Shown here piece by piece: positions 16,130 through 20,000 of a DNA stretch of 20,000 bases. The stretch spans positions 303,106-323,105 of the forward strand of contig NZ_MWQY01000002.1 in assembly GCF_002087085.1 (NCBI RefSeq), in the 5' to 3' direction. A program made the position numbers and the translations under genes. A model generated the notes under the pieces. It had not been told where the DNA came from and searched no databases. It saw only the letters and a list, made by a program, of their open reading frames with translations. Each line of letters opens with the position of its first letter. The first letter of the stretch is position 1.

Positions 16130-17035
16130 TCAGATCAGCGAAGCCAGCACAAAACTCAAAGGGATGGTAATAATGCCCAGGGCCGTGGTCAGTACCACGA
16201 TGCTCTGGGCATCCGATGAATCGATGCCGTAGCGGGCGGGCAGAACATAGGAGAAAACCGCAGACGGAAGCGCCGCGGCAACAAGGACCACCGTCCTGGT
16301 CAGGCCTTCCAGCCGGAAGAGATAGACCGCAGCGATACCCAGCAGAAACCCGACACCTATCCGCAGCAGGATTCCCCAGAACACCGCGGCATCGATTTTC
16401 GGCCTGCGCATGCTTAAGGAACCCCCCACAATAAAGGCCGCCAGGGGAGCGGCTGCGGCACCGGCGAAACGGCAGGTTTCCAGAATTGTCCCGGGAACCG
16501 GTATCCTGAACAGATGAAAAAGAAAGCCCAGAACTGCGGCTATCAGGATCGGGGACTTCAGGGAAAGCATAAGACCCTTGAGATTGAAGCCGCCGCCGAT
16601 TATCAGAAAACCGAAACTGAAGAGAAAGAGTCCGTAAATCTGGTCGAAGACTATAATGATGTTCAGGGCTTCGCTTCCGCTCCAGAGCTGCATCAGGGGA
16701 AAGCCGAGGAAGCCTGAATTCATGAAGATAACCGGCAGGGCCAGTCCCCGGATATCCCTGCCGGCAATCCGGCCGTAGACCACGACAATCAGGTAGGTAC
16801 TCAGCATCAGAAAGAGCACTGTGGCCAGCAGATCCCCCATATCATCCTGACTGACCGTGGATTCATAGAGACTGACAAAGACCAGCAGGGGCATGAAAAA
16901 ATCTACCAGCACCCGGGAAAGGGTATCCTCGCTGATGGGAGCGGCCGCGGACATCATCCAGCCGCCGGCTATAACGGCAAAAAGAGGGAGCAGCACACTG
17001 AGGGTATCAAGAAAGTAGCTGAGCATGGTGTACAT
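16130..17035 (-). CDS. AEC (auxin efflux carrier) family transporter
   Basis: About 10 TM segments with FFMPLLVF.SL, FMNSGFLGFPL, SPILIA and ALPSAV...VL.ARY. Confidence 0.88.
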   Translation of the reverse strand: MYTMLSYFLDTLSVLLPLFAVIAGGWMMSAAAPISEDTLSRVLVDFFMPLLVFVSLYESTVSQDDMGDLLATVLFLMLSTYLIVVVYGRIAGRDIRGLALPVIFMNSGFLGFPLMQLWSGSEALNIIIVFDQIYGLFLFSFGFLIIGGGFNLKGLMLSLKSPILIAAVLGFLFHLFRIPVPGTILETCRFAGAAAAPLAAFIVGGSLSMRRPKIDAAVFWGILLRIGVGFLLGIAAVYLFRLEGLTRTVVLVAAALPSAVFSYVLPARYGIDSSDAQSIVVLTTALGIITIPLSFVLASLI

Positions 17036-17056
17036 AAAGACCTTTCCTGTTTTGTT

Positions 17057-18586
17057 TTAGAGTTTTTTCAGAGGCTTCCTGCCGGAACTCAGATTCGCAA
17101 CAATCTTTCCGCTGAGGGCGGCGGTAATGACTCCACCGGGCCAGAGACTGTAGTGCCCGCAGGCCCGTAAATTCCTTAAAGGGGTGGAAAATAGATTGAG
17201 AAACGGGAACCGGTATACCGGGGACTCCCTGCCGTCATAGCACCAGCCTCCCGAGGACCCCCCTGTATTCAGGGAAAAACGTTCGCTGGAAATCGGCGTT
17301 CCCACATCGGTGTAGAGGACCCGGGATCCCAGACCAGGAACGAGGTTTTCCGCCAGGCCCGTGAGTTCTGCAGCTACCCGTTCCTTGAGCCGGGAATAGG
17401 CCTCCGGACGGGGACCCGCAGCCTGTCCGATTCCCCAGCAGTCCCGCCAGTCGTAAGAGCTGAAGGTCTGCAGGACAAGAGAAGACTGACCTGGCGCCGC
17501 CGCGTTGGGATTCTCTTTGCCGAAATGGTTCAGGGTAAGCCACATCCTGCCGTGAACATCCTCGGGGGATTCTGAGGATGGAAAAATGACATCGTAATTG
17601 GGAAAGTAGAATACATGCTGAGCCCCCAGACGCTCGTCAAGCTCTTCCGTCCCCGCGCTTACTCCCAGGTATACGTTCACCAGAGATTCGGTCAGCTTTG
17701 CCCCTTCAATTTTTTTTACAAAGGAGGGCTTGAAAACCTCCGGCCCGAGAATGCTGCCGACCAGGCGTTTGTAGTCCCCTGCATAGATAAAGCTGTCACC
17801 GTAAAAGACTTCCCCTTTTTCGGTACGTACGGACCGGGCCCTGGAGCCCTGGTGCTCGATTTTTTCCACCCGGGTATTGCAGCGCAGATCCCCTCCGAGT
17901 TGCGTGAAATTCTCCGCCAGAAGATCATGAAAGGCCTGCATACCCCCTTCGGGATACCAGTAGTCCTTCATCCAGAGGTGCCAGAACCCGGCGAAAAAGA
18001 TAAAGGGCATATGATAATAGCCGATCTGGGTGAACCATTTTTGCAGACCAGGGTCACGGATAACCGAACAGGCCTTGACCCGGTAATCGAAGCTTAGCCA
18101 GCGCCGGAGCTTCGGAAGCCAGGGCAGCATCGAGGCGAGTCCGGAAATGGAAAAATTGTGCAGAAGGGGGAAACTCCAGGGATCCATCTTGCTCTCGATA
18201 AAACGGGAGACCTCCCGGACCTCCCGGAACAGTACAGGTATTCCCTTCTCCCCGGGAAAAGCAGTCTGAAGCGCTTCCTCCACCTCCTGGAAGGAGTCCA
18301 CACGGAAGTCGAAATCCGGGGATACCATCCTGAAGCGGGCTTTGTGCCAGCGCAGCTTATCGAGAAGTCCGAGTTCGTCCAGAATGGGAAAAACAATACC
18401 GAGACTTTCGAAAGACTGGTCTCCGCCGTCAAAGTAGAAACCTTTTCGCCGGAAGCCGGACATGTTGCCGCCGGTATGGTGGTTCTGCTCAAGAACCAGG
18501 GTTTTGAGTCCCCGTTTTGCACAGGCATTGGCCGCGGTCATACCGCCCATGCCGCCGCCGATAATAATGATATCGTACTTTTCCAT
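17057..18586 (-). CDS. Phytoene desaturase-family NAD(P)/FAD-dependent oxidoreductase (substrate unknown)
   Basis: N-terminal IIIGGGMGG..AA...LEQN...GG....R.GFYFD.G, plus YPEGGMQ, TP.S.ERF and a C-terminal G....PGGV..A.LSG. Confidence 0.85.
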   Translation of the reverse strand: MEKYDIIIIGGGMGGMTAANACAKRGLKTLVLEQNHHTGGNMSGFRRKGFYFDGGDQSFESLGIVFPILDELGLLDKLRWHKARFRMVSPDFDFRVDSFQEVEEALQTAFPGEKGIPVLFREVREVSRFIESKMDPWSFPLLHNFSISGLASMLPWLPKLRRWLSFDYRVKACSVIRDPGLQKWFTQIGYYHMPFIFFAGFWHLWMKDYWYPEGGMQAFHDLLAENFTQLGGDLRCNTRVEKIEHQGSRARSVRTEKGEVFYGDSFIYAGDYKRLVGSILGPEVFKPSFVKKIEGAKLTESLVNVYLGVSAGTEELDERLGAQHVFYFPNYDVIFPSSESPEDVHGRMWLTLNHFGKENPNAAAPGQSSLVLQTFSSYDWRDCWGIGQAAGPRPEAYSRLKERVAAELTGLAENLVPGLGSRVLYTDVGTPISSERFSLNTGGSSGGWCYDGRESPVYRFPFLNLFSTPLRNLRACGHYSLWPGGVITAALSGKIVANLSSGRKPLKKL

Positions 18587-18640
18587 CTTTTTATTGTAGT
18601 GTATCCGCTTTTCTAAAATCCATACTGCTGAGAAAAATTA

Positions 18641-19702
18641 TCATGAAGAAATTGCCCGGGAGGCATCCACCATGGCCTTCAGGTTCTCCGCCGCTGTTCC
18701 CGGCACAACCTCGCAGCCCGAGCCCAGGATGAATCCGCCCTCGAGTCCCTTAACCGATTCAATACAGCGTACCGATTCTTTCCTGACGAGTTCCGGGTTT
18801 CCCTGAAAGAGAACCGTGGTCGGCTCCAGGTTGCCCATGAGGCTTATGTCGGGTCCTGCAAGTTCCCGGGCATCAGCCAGCTCGACCTTTGCATCGATTT
18901 CCAGGACATCGGCCCCTGTCTTTGCCATAAGGGGAAGGATTTTCCGGGTATCCCCGCAGATATGGAGGATTGTCACTGCAGCCTTTTCACGCGCCGCCGG
19001 TGCAAGGGCGGAAAAAACCTTTACCTCCCAGGGATAAACGTACTTCTCGTAGATAGCCGGGGAGATCATGCTCAGGGAGGCCAGGGAGTCTCCGGCCTGG
19101 GCGGTGTCCGAACCCGTATCCAGGGCCGCTTTGAGAAAGAGGATAAGGGCGTCCGAGGAGAGTTCCATAACCCTGAAGATCTGCTCCTCCTTCTCGCGGT
19201 CCTCGTCGGCCTCACAAAGGGCAATCTGGGTCAGGAACTCGGTGGTTCCTCCCACCAGGTAACTCGCCAGGGAGAAAGGACCCGTTCCCGGGGCGCGTAC
19301 GGCAACTTCGTTGCCGAAGTGCTCACGCAGAAGGGCGACGGCCTCCAGGTAAACCGGCATACGGCCGTCCTTCCAGGGATCCGGAACCTTCAGGCGATCG
19401 ACCTGATCGAGACTCTCCACTGCAGGAGCCGTGAGGTTCGGGGTTGTGTTCACCGGCTGGTTTATTTGGCAGCCGAAGCCCTCGGCAATGTAGTAGTTAT
19501 CCGACTGGGCGACCACCACATCCTGGCCCACGGCCTCCCAGGCGCGGATCTGGGCTTCCGCCATCTTTTTGGGGTCCGTATTGTAGACGGATATGGGGAT
19601 TCCAGCCAGCACAGCCCCGAAATTGCCGCAGTAGGGGGCCACCGGAACCCTGTCCAGGCTGCCCCCCCGAACCGCCGCGAGAAAACGTTCCCTGGAGGTC
19701 AC
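18641..19702 (-). CDS. Uroporphyrinogen decarboxylase superfamily, MtaA/CmuA-like methyltransferase
   Basis: Motifs TSRERFLAA.RG..DRVPV, AEGFG, GPFSLA, LHICG, GNLEP and GSGCEV (H-x-C...C Zn-type ligands). The GTG at 19702 overlaps the upstream TGA (GTGA) and has GGAG 8 nt upstream; an alternative GTG is at 19708. Confidence 0.85.
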   Translation of the reverse strand: MTSRERFLAAVRGGSLDRVPVAPYCGNFGAVLAGIPISVYNTDPKKMAEAQIRAWEAVGQDVVVAQSDNYYIAEGFGCQINQPVNTTPNLTAPAVESLDQVDRLKVPDPWKDGRMPVYLEAVALLREHFGNEVAVRAPGTGPFSLASYLVGGTTEFLTQIALCEADEDREKEEQIFRVMELSSDALILFLKAALDTGSDTAQAGDSLASLSMISPAIYEKYVYPWEVKVFSALAPAAREKAAVTILHICGDTRKILPLMAKTGADVLEIDAKVELADARELAGPDISLMGNLEPTTVLFQGNPELVRKESVRCIESVKGLEGGFILGSGCEVVPGTAAENLKAMVDASRAISS

Positions 19703-20000
19703 AGGCACAGCTCCATCAGCTGTCGGCTTAAAGGTACTGCGGACTCCGCATCGGGGGTGGAGGTCTGAATCATCACCCCCCGTCTGCCGAAATAATCGAG
19801 GATCTTCTTCGTATACGCTGCCAGGTCCACCTGAGCCTTGTCTCCGTGGTCCCAGTAAAAATGCCGCAGGCAGAGGGGAACCTTGCCGGCGGCGGCATCC
19901 CGGATTACCTCCCAGTTCGGGTTCTGGGGAATGGTAAAATCGAGTCCCTTGAGCCCCTCGGTCTCCATCATCGGTACAACGACGTTCTGCACATCCCCGC
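19699..20000 (-). CDS. 3' part of a gene entering from the right edge, probably another URO-D-superfamily TIM-barrel protein
   Basis: The frame is open to the edge. It begins xGDVQ (first codon xGC, consistent with a CGD motif) and is translationally coupled to the next gene. Confidence 0.55.
   Translation of the reverse strand, partial: GDVQNVVVPMMETEGLKGLDFTIPQNPNWEVIRDAAAGKVPLCLRHFYWDHGDKAQVDLAAYTKKILDYFGRRGVMIQTSTPDAESAVPLSRQLMELCL

Noticed and set aside
17057..18586. Carotenoid biosynthesis (crtI) assignment
   Set aside because: Only family-level motifs are present, and no crtB/crtE or other carotenoid genes are nearby.
18641..19702. hemE assignment
   Set aside because: It lacks the MRQAGR motif of true HemE and has the H-x-C...C pattern of MtaA-like proteins.
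1..20000. CRISPR arrays, tRNA/rRNA genes, IS elements or defence systems
   Set aside because: No regularly spaced repeats, RNA-gene signatures, or transposase/nuclease motifs were seen.

Overview
This is a bacterial accessory-metabolism region, probably from a free-living spirochaete (weak inference from the TctC signal peptide style). It has 19 complete CDSs plus 2 edge-truncated ones, almost all on the minus strand. Left half: a 7-gene operon (DUF1537 four-carbon acid-sugar kinase, PdxA2, D-2-hydroxyacid dehydrogenase, TctC, LarA-superfamily racemase/epimerase, TctB, TctA) ends in a clear intrinsic terminator. Upstream of it is a sialidase-fold/GlpM-like gene pair. Three successive minus-strand units each carry a well-formed sigma-54 (-24/-12) promoter. 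Each also has a related GGTGA-N5-TCACC-type element upstream, suggesting one enhancer-dependent regulon whose activator is not in the window. The kinase transcript appears near-leaderless. Middle: a GGDEF diguanylate cyclase, a DUF1761 protein and an SDR-FadR-garR-SDR block with two copies of a TWGTA-N8-TACAA operator-like palindrome. Right: a C_GCAxxG_C_C protein, an AEC transporter, a phytoene-desaturase-family flavoprotein and two URO-D/MtaA-family proteins. The best candidate for an undescribed system is a sigma-54-controlled acid-sugar catabolic module coupling a nickel-pincer-type (LarA-like) epimerase to the kinase/PdxA2 route. No CRISPR, RNA gene, transposase or integrase was seen.
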